From a virus: DNA of 64,000 nt. Shown here piece by piece: positions 9,690 to 20,093 of the stretch. The translations under genes were made by a program, and so were the position numbers. Positions within the stretch are counted from its first letter, which is position 1. Every line of letters begins with the position of its first letter. The notes under the pieces are model-generated. The model was not told the DNA's origin. It saw nothing but the letters and a program-made list of their open reading frames with translations, and ran no database searches. Location: IMG/VR virus record IMGVR_UViG_3300022895_000010; one strand, written 5' to 3'.

Positions 9690-11339
9690 TTAGTTCAATT
9701 GAAGTGATGTTAATTCTGAAATAACTTTCTCAAAGTTATCAACACGACTTTTATCAGCTACGATAGTGAATTCTTTAGCATTTAAGATGTCACCACTAAG
9801 TTCAACATCTTTAATATTATTAGGTATAAATTGTCCTTCTTCCATTATGTCAGCTTCCATAACATGACCATCTTTGATGAAGTAGAATTTACCATCTTTT
9901 TCCATATGAGTAAATACTTCTTCATCACGAAGTAATTTAATACCATATAAGAAGTCATCACATTGCATACGAACAATATTTGGATTCATCATATAAGCAT
10001 TGTAATCAGCTTCTACTTCCTTAAGTTCTGCATAACGAGTTGGATTTAAATCTTTTACAAATGATACAGCGCCTTCACCAGCTTTAGACATGATAAGTGC
10101 ATCAACATCTAATAGACGTTCTTCAGCATTAGTAATTTGCTTTACTTCTTCTTCTACTTGACATAGAGCACAGTCACATTTTTCATCTTCTTCTTGTTCT
10201 TCCTCAAAATAAGCTTCTATAGAGTTATCAATTGAAGAACCAATTTTTTCTTTAACATAGTCTGGAACATTTGGATTTAATAAAACGCCTTCCATTAAAG
10301 CATTATATCCTTCTTCAGCACCTTTAAGAGCTTCATATCGTTCTGAATCTACTGCTTTCGCTTTTGCTAAACCAATTACACCTACTGTATCAATAAATAC
10401 TTTATCAACATTTAATAATTCTTCTCGTGATGCTAGAATAGATTCAACTTTCTCTTCTACATCACAGAATGGACATTCACATGTATTAGCATGATCTTCT
10501 TTAACATCTTCAGAACCTTTAATCATTGAATTATGTGCTTCAACAACTTCACTTAACATCATAGATTTAGGATGTTGCATAATTTCCTCATAGCTTTCAC
10601 CTTGCTTTAGATGAGACTTGATGACATTTTTAAGATTGATATATTTACCATTCTCAATTCCATCTTCAATAATATGAGAAATACGACAATTAATGCAATC
10701 ACATTTCTTTTCAGTTTCAGAAGTTTCATCACTACCTAAACCTTCCATGAATTTAGTAAGCATTAAAGCTTCAGCCATTGTTTGGTTAATTCCATTAATA
10801 ACATCTTGTAACATTGAATAGATTGTTGTTTTCTTGAATATAGGTAAACCAAATCCACCAAATTCTTCTACAAACATTTTATCAAGATCAAGTGTATTAT
10901 TTAAATCTGGTTCACTAATAAATCCTACAATCTTACCTTCTAAACGTTCCACAATACCAGACCCATCTTTTAATTTAAGTAGACCTAATACTTTTTCAAT
11001 AGCTTTAAGTGCTGCTTCTTTAGAAGGGTTTTCTTCTTTAAGTTCTTTATTGACTTTATTTGTAGCAGTTTCAGAAATATCATTTCCAATAAGATATTTA
11101 TGAAGTTCTGTTTTAACTTCATCAGGAGCATAGTTAATAAAGAATTCTGCAGTATTATATTCAGCTGGATCTTTGATATCTTTGATTTTAGCAACTAAAG
11201 AATTAAAAATTACTGCTGGTGTTTGACCTTTATTTTCTTTCTTGTTAGCTTCAACTAATTCATGTAAAAATGCTGGTACGATTAATCCGTTTCCTACTTT
11301 GATGTCTTCCATGCGGTTTGTTTTGTTTGTGTTTGTCAT
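9690..11339 (-). CDS. hypothetical protein with three CxCxxC motifs
   Basis: CDCINC, CECPFC and CDCALC; the last two begin similar repeats; C-terminus resembles 11421..12068. Confidence 0.75.
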   Translation of the reverse strand: MTNTNKTNRMEDIKVGNGLIVPAFLHELVEANKKENKGQTPAVIFNSLVAKIKDIKDPAEYNTAEFFINYAPDEVKTELHKYLIGNDISETATNKVNKELKEENPSKEAALKAIEKVLGLLKLKDGSGIVERLEGKIVGFISEPDLNNTLDLDKMFVEEFGGFGLPIFKKTTIYSMLQDVINGINQTMAEALMLTKFMEGLGSDETSETEKKCDCINCRISHIIEDGIENGKYINLKNVIKSHLKQGESYEEIMQHPKSMMLSEVVEAHNSMIKGSEDVKEDHANTCECPFCDVEEKVESILASREELLNVDKVFIDTVGVIGLAKAKAVDSERYEALKGAEEGYNALMEGVLLNPNVPDYVKEKIGSSIDNSIEAYFEEEQEEDEKCDCALCQVEEEVKQITNAEERLLDVDALIMSKAGEGAVSFVKDLNPTRYAELKEVEADYNAYMMNPNIVRMQCDDFLYGIKLLRDEEVFTHMEKDGKFYFIKDGHVMEADIMEEGQFIPNNIKDVELSGDILNAKEFTIVADKSRVDNFEKVISELTSLQLN

Positions 11340-11420
11340 AATGTTTCTCCTCCAATAATTAAATTAAATAAATTATACTATATTATATTGTATTACCCTT
11401 ATATAATATATTTTTAAAAT

Positions 11421-12068
11421 CTAGTTTAAAACGCCAATAGACCTATAAGAATGCAGATATACATATTCAGCATTTAATACATCATTAGTTAATTCAGCCA
11501 AACCTGCATAAACAATTTGGTTGCTTTCATTAACATCGGCTTCTATTAAACTCCCTCGTCTTTTATCAATATAAAATATTGAATCCCCATCACATGAAAC
11601 ATGTTTAAATAGATTAGGATATTCCATTAATAATTTAATTGCAAATAAGAAGTCTGGAACTGAAAGAATCATATCTACACGATTATTACTAATACTTAGC
11701 TTTAAATAATCTTTAAATCCTCGCAATCTGTCATCAGTTTTATCAGACACTAATAATTTATGAGGTTTCTTAAAATCACTAAATATTGCTACAGCTCGAT
11801 AAAAGTCTGTCTCAAAAGTACTAGGATGAACAAGTTCCTTCATTTCAATTAAATTATTGAAAGCATCATTACCAATTAAATCTTTAAAGATTTTAATAAT
11901 AAATTTATATTCATTGTCTTCCATACTATCTAAATATAAATTAAATGCTGTTTCTCCACCAAAACCACTATAAGTAAAGGAACTCTTTTTTATAAGTTCT
12001 ATAAAAGTTTCAAAATTCTTTGGAATTTCTTTTAACATGAATACTGGTGATTCTAATGTCTGAGTCAT
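11421..12068 (-). CDS. hypothetical protein
   Basis: DFLFAIKLL...IEADV...ELTNDVLNA matches DFLYGIKLL...MEADI...ELSGDILNA of 9690..11339. Confidence 0.7.
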   Translation of the reverse strand: MTQTLESPVFMLKEIPKNFETFIELIKKSSFTYSGFGGETAFNLYLDSMEDNEYKFIIKIFKDLIGNDAFNNLIEMKELVHPSTFETDFYRAVAIFSDFKKPHKLLVSDKTDDRLRGFKDYLKLSISNNRVDMILSVPDFLFAIKLLMEYPNLFKHVSCDGDSIFYIDKRRGSLIEADVNESNQIVYAGLAELTNDVLNAEYVYLHSYRSIGVLN

Positions 12069-12182
12069 AGTATATTCTCCTCAAATTTAAATTTCTCTAT
12101 ATAAATAAAGATATTATTTTATTCATTAATTACCAAAAAATAAAAGGAAATCACAGAATGTAATCTATGATTTCCTCTTTAA

Positions 12183-12848
12183 TTATTTTGATTCTTGTTC
12201 TTCTTTTCTCCACCACCAAATATGAGGTGAAAGTATATCAGTTATAACTTGGTATTTATCCTCATCATCTCTTGGATAATCTCTATCTAATTCAAAAGCG
12301 GCAGGAGTAAATCCATCTGGGTTTTCAGCTTTAATTACTAATCGACCACCTTTAAAATAACTAGCAATTATTGCAGGTTGATCTCTATAGAATACTTTTC
12401 TACCAATAATCCTCTCTTCAAAACCTTTTTCAAAGAATGAGATTGGATGTTCTTGTAATTCAAATAAAATCTGTCTAGCTTTACTTAGACAATAATCTAA
12501 TGACCCTCCACTCACATCAAAGAAGTCTTCACCATTTCTTGTGATAACACAATTACTTCCTTCTCTAACTTCAGTTTCATCCCATTTAGTTTTAGTATAG
12601 TTATTAGTTTCAAATCTAATACCCCAACAAATTGTATGACCTGAGAATTGCATTAGATTTTTATGAGTAGGTGTTTCTCCTTCATAACAACACCAATAAC
12701 AGTTCTCACTAAATTTTCCACCTAAAGTATGATTATATCCATCTAAACGATATACCTCTAGACGTTTTCCACCTAATGTTGCATCCCAACCAATTCTTTG
12801 TAATTTAGATAAGTCAGTATCTTTGTTAATTAGTTTAATTTCAGCCAT
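12183..12848 (-). CDS. hypothetical phage protein
   Basis: ORF with GGAGG RBS. Confidence 0.7.
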   Translation of the reverse strand: MAEIKLINKDTDLSKLQRIGWDATLGGKRLEVYRLDGYNHTLGGKFSENCYWCCYEGETPTHKNLMQFSGHTICWGIRFETNNYTKTKWDETEVREGSNCVITRNGEDFFDVSGGSLDYCLSKARQILFELQEHPISFFEKGFEERIIGRKVFYRDQPAIIASYFKGGRLVIKAENPDGFTPAAFELDRDYPRDDEDKYQVITDILSPHIWWWRKEEQESK

Positions 12849-12885
12849 GATAAATCCTCCTAGAATATTTTCTATTTATTTGTTA

Positions 12886-13251
12886 CTAGGAGATTTTATC
12901 TTTTAAAATCAACAAGCTTATAATAATATCATCTTTACCTGGCACTCTATTGACCTCTACAATATAATCTATCATTTTAATTTCCTCAAATATGGAAGCA
13001 ATTGCAATCTCAATACCTGTTATTCTTCCATCAATAGGACGCTGTCTGATATATTTACGTGAAATTTTATAAATTATTCCTTTAAGTTCTTTAACGTCTT
13101 TTACTTCCAATAACTCCAATAATGATTTACTCATAAATAAATCTGAGAATTGTTTTATAAAGAATTCTTTATAATCAGAATTCTCTATAGATACTTGATC
13201 TAATTTAATAAGTTTAAATACTTTTATTTTTACAAATTTATCTTGGTTCAT
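12886..13251 (-). CDS. hypothetical protein, paralog of 15471 and 15828
   Basis: Shared FIxxF..F...LxxLxI pattern and IIISL(L/V)IL end. Confidence 0.6.
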   Translation of the reverse strand: MNQDKFVKIKVFKLIKLDQVSIENSDYKEFFIKQFSDLFMSKSLLELLEVKDVKELKGIIYKISRKYIRQRPIDGRITGIEIAIASIFEEIKMIDYIVEVNRVPGKDDIIISLLILKDKIS

Positions 13252-13382
13252 TTAAATTATTCCTCTCCACTTTTATAATAGTTCTACGTACTTTCATTGG
13301 TTGCATTTTAAACATTTCTAATTGCGCTCTATTAAGGCTAAATATTGCTTCGGTTAATTTCTTTATCATCATTTCTCTATTA

Positions 13383-13964
13383 TTAGTCATTTTGGTACCT
13401 CCCACTCCATTCTTCAATATCTTTTATTTTAATTACTTTAGATGGATTGTCATGTAATAAATTCATTATTGCTTTCATTCTTGCAGAATATTTATCTTTT
13501 TTACCAAAACAATCTAATTCATATAACGTTTTAGACGTGTAATAAGGTCTAAAGTTTTTATCAAATCCAAATGCATATTTATCATGATTGAATTTATCTT
13601 TTTCACTAGGTACAATAGTTCCATAAGTAATACCTTTATATAGGGAAATCTCATCTCCATCATTTAAAGCTATGCATACTTCCCATCTAGCACCTTTAAA
13701 CTGATGTTCCTCTATTGTATCTAACATCCATTTAACATTTACACCAACTGCAACATCTTCAATATGTAAAGCAGTGTCTTCAATAATATTATTCTTTCCT
13801 GCTTCTAACGCTTTATATATTGCAACAGTTTCAATATCAGATGAAAATACCTCTCTAATATCTTCACCGACTCTAACAGGTATAATAAAACCAACATGTT
13901 TAATAAATTCTTTAGCTTTATTATTGTTTGAAGTAACTATTGTATAAGTAGATAAATCTCTCAT
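13383..13964 (-). CDS. Ham1/RdgB-family non-canonical purine NTP pyrophosphatase
   Basis: VTSNNNKAKEF, IEDTAL, FGFD and SAR (variant of SHR). Confidence 0.85.
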   Translation of the reverse strand: MRDLSTYTIVTSNNNKAKEFIKHVGFIIPVRVGEDIREVFSSDIETVAIYKALEAGKNNIIEDTALHIEDVAVGVNVKWMLDTIEEHQFKGARWEVCIALNDGDEISLYKGITYGTIVPSEKDKFNHDKYAFGFDKNFRPYYTSKTLYELDCFGKKDKYSARMKAIMNLLHDNPSKVIKIKDIEEWSGRYQND

Positions 13965-14240
13965 TTAATTCTCCCCCTTATTACATTTACAAATATTTTC
14001 TGATTTTAAACCTTTATATTTAACTGTACCATTTTGACAGTCAAAATATATTTTTAAAGATGTAACAGTAATCAATATTAAGAATATTGATACTGCTACA
14101 CGTCTTTGAATCTTATTTTCATTTCCAATAGTATAAACAACCATAAAGAAGATTGAAAACATTGTTAATATGATTAAAGTTACATGTATTATACGAGGAT
14201 CCATTTTAAACTTCTCCTTTGATAACCATCTCTTGTTCAA
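13965..14240 (-). CDS. small membrane protein
   Basis: Two hydrophobic segments; N-terminus similar to 14206..14766. Confidence 0.55.
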   Translation of the reverse strand: MNKRWLSKEKFKMDPRIIHVTLIILTMFSIFFMVVYTIGNENKIQRRVAVSIFLILITVTSLKIYFDCQNGTVKYKGLKSENICKCNKGEN

Positions 14241-14766
14241 TTGGATAAGGTTTAGTATTTGAGCGATGTTCAGAATTACTTATCTTAACGTCTTTGCCTA
14301 GATACAATACATAATAAGGTCTATATTTACCTTCATCATTTTTGATATTGTCAGCCCTTACAAATCTTGTATTTCCTTCTTTATCAAAAGCAACATCTAC
14401 TAAACCTGAACGATCATTATCTCCATCAGTTATTTGTAACCATTGTAGCATTCCATTTGATTCATAACCAATCTTATAACCACGATCTGTCTTAATTAAT
14501 AGATTAACATCGATTTTATCACCTACATTTTCTAGGTAATATACGTTATATTTATAAAGTACTTTAGACTTTGAATTTTCAGCTTTAAGTGTAGCACCGT
14601 AATTGTGTGATACTGTTAAAAATGTACTAATCAATAGTGTAAAGAATAAAACAACTGATACTATTTTCTTAATTTTATTTTCACTTCCAATAAGATAACC
14701 CAACATTGGAAATATTGATATAAATGTTGCCATAATTAAAGTAATATTTAATCCTTCATTTTGCAT
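14206..14766 (-). CDS. membrane-anchored protein
   Basis: Two TM segments; paralog of 14970..15464 (IGY...W, DNIK..Y..YLG). Confidence 0.65.
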   Translation of the reverse strand: MQNEGLNITLIMATFISIFPMLGYLIGSENKIKKIVSVVLFFTLLISTFLTVSHNYGATLKAENSKSKVLYKYNVYYLENVGDKIDVNLLIKTDRGYKIGYESNGMLQWLQITDGDNDRSGLVDVAFDKEGNTRFVRADNIKNDEGKYRPYYVLYLGKDVKISNSEHRSNTKPYPIEQEMVIKGEV

Positions 14767-14969
14767 TCTAATAACTCTCCCTTAGATAGTATATAATAAA
14801 TTATAAGATACACAAGTCACTAAATATAATACGAATAAAGCTCTTAAATATTTTTTCTTCTCACTAATAATAGTTAATGCAGAAAATAAGACTGCAAATG
14901 ATAATGAAGATAAAATAATATTTCCAAACACTTCTAATAACATAAATTATATTCCCCTAACTATATTAC

Positions 14970-15464
14970 TTATTCTCGTTCTAAATCTGTGAAGTTATTA
15001 CCTAAATATACACTATAATGATACTCATAACCTTTGTCATCTTCACTCTTAATATTATTATCTCTAACAATTATTGAATCCTTTTTAGTCTCAGTATAAG
15101 ATACAGAAGTTCTATATTCATCAGCAGGAATATCAAACCATTTTATATCATTTCCATCTACATAACCAATTGAAATTTTATCATTATTTTTCTTACTAAT
15201 TACTTTTATAGTTAGTTGATCATTGACCTTTGGTAATTCTTCTACATAACCAGTTTTGTATTTTAGTGTATCGGATGTTTTAGTTTGTGTTTCCATCAAT
15301 GAATCATATCCAGTAATAGTTTGATAACTAACTATTCCCAAGAATATAACATATGCAGTTGCGAAAATTGTTCTAGCGATTGTTTTTCTGAATGCCATCC
15401 ACAGGAAAGCAAGTAAAACACTAGCAAATAAGAAAGTCATAAATATAGTTACAGATACTACCAT
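14970..15464 (-). CDS. membrane-anchored protein
   Basis: Two TM segments; paralog of 14206..14766. Confidence 0.65.
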   Translation of the reverse strand: MVVSVTIFMTFLFASVLLAFLWMAFRKTIARTIFATAYVIFLGIVSYQTITGYDSLMETQTKTSDTLKYKTGYVEELPKVNDQLTIKVISKKNNDKISIGYVDGNDIKWFDIPADEYRTSVSYTETKKDSIIVRDNNIKSEDDKGYEYHYSVYLGNNFTDLERE

Positions 15465-15470
15465 GATTAA

Positions 15471-15821
15471 TTATCCCCTTTTCACATTTAATATAACTAG
15501 ACTAATAATAATTGCAGTACCATAATTGTCTAATTTAAGCATATATTCATAGTCATAATACTTTAATAATTCATGAATTGCTATTTCAACAGATGCGTCT
15601 TCAACATCATCATCTTCATCTGTTTTAATTAAATAAGAAATCTTATCAAGTCTCATAAGGTATTCCTTAATCAAACTTTCATCACCATTAATTCCTAATG
15701 CTTTTAAAACTGATTCTCTTTCAAATATTTCTTTAAATCCTGGTATAAATACGTCATCAAAATCATTCTCAAAATTATATGCTTCTCCTTCAAGACTTTC
15801 TACCATGTGCAATCTTAACAT
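15471..15821 (-). CDS. hypothetical protein, tandem duplicate
   Basis: Shares FKEIFERESVL.ALGIN and IISLVILNVKRG with 15828..16199. Confidence 0.7.
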   Translation of the reverse strand: MLRLHMVESLEGEAYNFENDFDDVFIPGFKEIFERESVLKALGINGDESLIKEYLMRLDKISYLIKTDEDDDVEDASVEIAIHELLKYYDYEYMLKLDNYGTAIIISLVILNVKRG

Positions 15822-15827
15822 AATTAA

Positions 15828-16199
15828 TTAGCCTCTTTTCACATTTAATATAACTAGACTAATAATAGATTGAGAACCAAAACTATCTACAATTTTCAGT
15901 ATATATTGATAATTATAATAATTTAATAATGTAGTAATAGTTGCTTCAATTGTATCATCTATTACATATATAGAATCAGACATTTTAAGTAGTTTACATG
16001 ATTCATCAAGTCTTGTGAAATATTCCTCTGCTTTTTCTTTATCAGTGTTAATTCCTAAGGCTTCTAGAACCGATTCTCTTTCAAATATTTCTTTAAATTC
16101 TGGTATAAAATCATCCTGTAATTGATACTTATAACTAAACATCATTGTTTCAATACATTCTACTAGATGAAGTCTCACCATTTCATCTTTATTTTCCAT
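15828..16199 (-). CDS. hypothetical protein, tandem duplicate
   Basis: Near-identical blocks with 15471..15821. Confidence 0.7.
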   Translation of the reverse strand: MENKDEMVRLHLVECIETMMFSYKYQLQDDFIPEFKEIFERESVLEALGINTDKEKAEEYFTRLDESCKLLKMSDSIYVIDDTIEATITTLLNYYNYQYILKIVDSFGSQSIISLVILNVKRG

Positions 16200-16659
16200 T
16201 ATTAATACCTCCTACAGTCTTTGTAATATCATACATTAATGGTACATGCTTTGTAGTTATACTAGACTTCTCAAATAATTCAATTGCATAAGGATCGTTC
16301 TTATAATCATTAGCATAATATACATTCTTAATACCGCTTTGAATAAGAGTTTTACAACAGTTTAAACAAGGGAAATGAGTTACATAAATATCAGTTCCTT
16401 CTGTACTTACTCCAAACTTAGCACATTGAGTTATAGCATTTACTTCAGCGTGAATAGTTCTTACACAATGATTATTCACTACATGACATCCATCAACAAT
16501 ACAATGCTTTTCACCAGAAATAGAACCATTATAACCTCCTGCAATAATTCTCTTATCCCTAACAATTACTGCACCTACTGATAATCTTTCACACGTACTA
16601 CGAGAAGATAAGATATAACTTTGTAACATAAAATATTGATTCCAAGACATTCTTTCCAT
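16189..16659 (-). CDS. comEB: dCMP deaminase, ComEB-like
   Basis: RSTC.RLSVGA, GGYNGS, HAEVNA and PCLNC zinc motifs; closely resembles Bacillus ComEB as recalled. Confidence 0.9.
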   Translation of the reverse strand: MERMSWNQYFMLQSYILSSRSTCERLSVGAVIVRDKRIIAGGYNGSISGEKHCIVDGCHVVNNHCVRTIHAEVNAITQCAKFGVSTEGTDIYVTHFPCLNCCKTLIQSGIKNVYYANDYKNDPYAIELFEKSSITTKHVPLMYDITKTVGGINNGK

Positions 16660-16671
16660 TATTAATTCCTC

Positions 16672-17103
16672 CTATGCATTTAGCTTTATTTGTTTTTTCC
16701 TATTACTATAGGTTTCAGATAACTCTTTCTGTTTATTTCTAATAATATTTAATTCTTTTTCCAATTTCATAAAATCTTCAATAAGTTTGAAGAAATGTTT
16801 TAAATCATCATTATCATAACCTGTAATATGGTCAGATCCAAACACACCATAAGACTTGTAAATACTATGCATATTAAATACAACTATATTGCAATTATTA
16901 TCAAAACTAAAGTTTGCTGAGAATTTATCATCAAATATATTTTGATTTATCCAATAACCATAACCATCATAGTTTACATTTATTTTAACAGAGTTCTCTT
17001 GGAAGAATTCAAGTAACTCTTTTAAATCATTTTTAAATTCAGTAATTTCTACAGGTTTATTTAATGTAATTAAATTTTTATTTTTCATCTCACTGATCTT
17101 CAT
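16672..17103 (-). CDS. hypothetical protein (FKxDLK family)
   Basis: FKNDLKELLEFF; similar to the next two ORFs. Confidence 0.6.
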   Translation of the reverse strand: MKISEMKNKNLITLNKPVEITEFKNDLKELLEFFQENSVKINVNYDGYGYWINQNIFDDKFSANFSFDNNCNIVVFNMHSIYKSYGVFGSDHITGYDNDDLKHFFKLIEDFMKLEKELNIIRNKQKELSETYSNRKKQIKLNA

Positions 17104-17551
17104 ATGTGTCTACATCCTCATCTGATCTTAATTTAATACCAATTATATCTCGACAATTATATTGGTCTGATTTTAACTTATCTATTTGATTTTGTAATTT
17201 TACGTACTCATCAAAGAATGGTACAAATATTTCTCTAAATTCACTTATACCTATAAAGATTCTACTTGAATAGTCTTGTGTTTGATATTCGCATAGTCTA
17301 AAATTTTCTAACATATTTCCATCGAAATTGATTTCATATTCTATCTCATCTGAACCTATACCAATTCTATCTCTAATTATTTTTATTCTTGCAGTAGGCT
17401 CATAAACTTCAACACGAATATCTTTTGAATCTAAATAATCAACAACTTCTTTTAAGTCTCCTTTAAATATATTTGTATCATCAACATATTTTGAATGAAT
17501 TATTACCATTATAAATTCCTCCTTATAAAGTCTCTCTAAATCTAATTCCAA
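17090..17551 (-). CDS. hypothetical protein (FKxDLK family)
   Basis: FKGDLKEVVDYLDSKDI...FFDEYVKL. Confidence 0.6.
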   Translation of the reverse strand: MELDLERLYKEEFIMVIIHSKYVDDTNIFKGDLKEVVDYLDSKDIRVEVYEPTARIKIIRDRIGIGSDEIEYEINFDGNMLENFRLCEYQTQDYSSRIFIGISEFREIFVPFFDEYVKLQNQIDKLKSDQYNCRDIIGIKLRSDEDVDTYEDQ

Positions 17552-17903
17552 ACTTATCTTTATAATAAGCTTTTCTTGATCTCAATAGATTAAATTCCAT
17601 TTTAATCTTCATATATTCATCAATGAATTCTTTGAAGTTGTCAAAACTATCCATATTTCTAAATGATTCACTTCTATAATCATAATTTGAATTATCATGT
17701 ATGAAGTAGTAATTTAATACTCCTTCCTTAGTAAATGAGAAATTGATATGTATTTCATCATCAATATCATGTATAATAGTTACATTATTTTCGTTAAATT
17801 TAATTATTACTTCAATGCTCTTACTCTCTAAATAACTTGCAATTGTTTTTAAATCGTTTCTTAAAGTTGATACTTCTACTTCTTGTGCTTTCATTACTCT
17901 CAT
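17523..17903 (-). CDS. hypothetical protein (FKxDLK family)
   Basis: LRNDLKTIASYLESKSI...FIDEYMKI. Confidence 0.6.
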   Translation of the reverse strand: MRVMKAQEVEVSTLRNDLKTIASYLESKSIEVIIKFNENNVTIIHDIDDEIHINFSFTKEGVLNYYFIHDNSNYDYRSESFRNMDSFDNFKEFIDEYMKIKMEFNLLRSRKAYYKDKFGIRFRETL

Positions 17904-18305
17904 GATTAAAATTCCCCATTCTGCGCATTTATTATATTTCTAACATATGTTAGTTGTTGTTTCATATATCCATCGGTTTCTTTACCACCTGTAGCCAACC
18001 AATCACCTATTCTAGTATTTACATCTGTTTGGACTTCTACTGGTATTTCTGATATTACTTTTAATATTTCGTCTAAGTAGTTCATCTTATTATCTCCTTA
18101 AATGTAAGATTTTATACCATAAACAATTACTGCATTAATAATTAATAATAGTACTAACATATATCTTTCATCTTCATTAGTCATAAGCCACACCACAATA
18201 CTTCCAATTATGAAATATGCAACTATTTCTATAATAAGTTCCATCTAAATAACTCCTTTAAAATAAATAAACCCTACCACATCAAAGTAGTAGGGTCATA
18301 GAAAA

Positions 18306-18731
18306 TTAGCTAAAAATGTCTGGACCGTCTTCATTATCTTCGGAAAGAATTTCATCCATAGCTAAGAAGAAACCAGTTTCTACATCAAAATATCTTTCAT
18401 CTTCAAATTTCCAGATACCAACACTTGCTACAGAAGAACCTGCTGAATAATATCCAAGACTAATAAAGAAATCTTTACACATATAAACTGCTGAGAAATC
18501 AAATGGATCTCTCCAGTTCTTATGTTTGCAAATTACAGTTTGATCCAGATTCAGATTATTTTCTTCTAAAGCCTGTATAAATTTACTTTCTAACTTACGT
18601 TGCGGAATTACGATAATATCCTTAAGATTTACACCATTAGCTATCTCGTATACTTTACTTCCATCATCATTTTTCATTTCCAATAACATTTTGTCTACTT
18701 CTTCATTAAATACAGTTGTCATAATAAACAC
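18306..18731 (-). CDS. hypothetical protein
   Basis: ORF directly downstream of the GSP synthase-like gene. Confidence 0.6.
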   Translation of the reverse strand: MFIMTTVFNEEVDKMLLEMKNDDGSKVYEIANGVNLKDIIVIPQRKLESKFIQALEENNLNLDQTVICKHKNWRDPFDFSAVYMCKDFFISLGYYSAGSSVASVGIWKFEDERYFDVETGFFLAMDEILSEDNEDGPDIFS

Positions 18732-18737
18732 TCCTCA

Positions 18738-20006
18738 TTAAATTTCTGCGATACCAATAACCATTGAGAGATTTCCAGTTATTTTGTCTCCTACTCTAAT
18801 AAATAGACCAGAAGCTTCACCACCAATAAGATAGGAACCGATTAACATTTTACCCATATAAGGTCTGTCGTCCCATGTACTAATTTCTAGGTTAGGCATT
18901 TCAAAGTATTCTTGGTATACTTTTACTTGCTCATAGTATTCAGGTGTTGTATCTTCATCAACTATTTTATTATCTCCATTTCTAATAGTGACACCTCCAC
19001 CTTCACGACCATATATAGGTTTCTCAACATAAGCACGCTTATTATTGATGAAGTAATCAGGTTTAAATAAAGTCATAGGAATATACTTTTTAATAGCTTC
19101 TCTTTCATGAGTCTCATATAGATATGGATTATCTAAGAGAATTTCCCACATTACAGCGAATAATAATTTAGATTGAGTTACAAAAGCGCTTGGATTATTG
19201 TATACTTTAACAGTTCCATTAGCAATATGTCTTAGGAACATTTCACCAATCTTTTTACCTCTAGAATCAACATCATGAGGTAAATATTCCATTGGATATA
19301 AGCGGAATAGATGTTTAATAGTTCTCCCATCTGGTGTGAATAATCCTCCATTGCCTACCATAATATCTTCAATTCCAATATACTCAGTCTTAGGATGATT
19401 ACAATTCTTTCTAATAAATTGAACTGTATCCCTATCTTCATCATGATCTTTATAAGATGTAAAGAAGATAGTTTTATCGGAAGGAATTTCATCTCTAGCA
19501 ATAATTTCATCCCATGTTCTTTGAATATTTTCCTCTATTTTATTACTAGAGATAATACCAATATTCTCACATAGAATCTCATTACCCACAGATGTTTCTA
19601 AATATCCAGTTGGAGTATCAGAATTGATTTCAATAAATTTATTACCTTCATCAGTTTTAATAATGTCGAATCTTGCAAAGTCACTGAATCGATTAGTATT
19701 GATATTAGTTGTAACTGCATTCAAAGTTTCTTTAGGTAATTTTAATTTCATTAAGTAATTGAAATTGTTCATTATGATATTGTAAGTACTTTGAATAAGC
19801 TTCCCTACAATTACAGTATCCTCTCTTAATCTATCAGCATCGCTTTTATCCATCATTAATACATCTGGTGACATGTATTGATTCCATTCATCATTCTCAA
19901 ATAATGTAGTCCAAGTAAATCCTCTCTCAATCATTTTCTCATGAAGTCTAGTCCATGTTCTAATATAATCCTGTTGACCTAAATCCTTAAATGTAATCGT
20001 TTTCAA
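18738..20006 (-). CDS. glutathionylspermidine synthase-family ATP-grasp ligase (YgiC-like)
   Basis: RFDI, EINSDTPTG, KPIYGREGGGV, VYQEY and IGSYLIGG. Confidence 0.85.
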   Translation of the reverse strand: MKTITFKDLGQQDYIRTWTRLHEKMIERGFTWTTLFENDEWNQYMSPDVLMMDKSDADRLREDTVIVGKLIQSTYNIIMNNFNYLMKLKLPKETLNAVTTNINTNRFSDFARFDIIKTDEGNKFIEINSDTPTGYLETSVGNEILCENIGIISSNKIEENIQRTWDEIIARDEIPSDKTIFFTSYKDHDEDRDTVQFIRKNCNHPKTEYIGIEDIMVGNGGLFTPDGRTIKHLFRLYPMEYLPHDVDSRGKKIGEMFLRHIANGTVKVYNNPSAFVTQSKLLFAVMWEILLDNPYLYETHEREAIKKYIPMTLFKPDYFINNKRAYVEKPIYGREGGGVTIRNGDNKIVDEDTTPEYYEQVKVYQEYFEMPNLEISTWDDRPYMGKMLIGSYLIGGEASGLFIRVGDKITGNLSMVIGIAEI

Positions 20007-20093
20007 AATAACTCTCTCCCTTTTATAATATATCTTGATAAACTAGTTTAAAAACAGTAAGAATGATTAGAATCATCCCTACTGTTTGTTATA

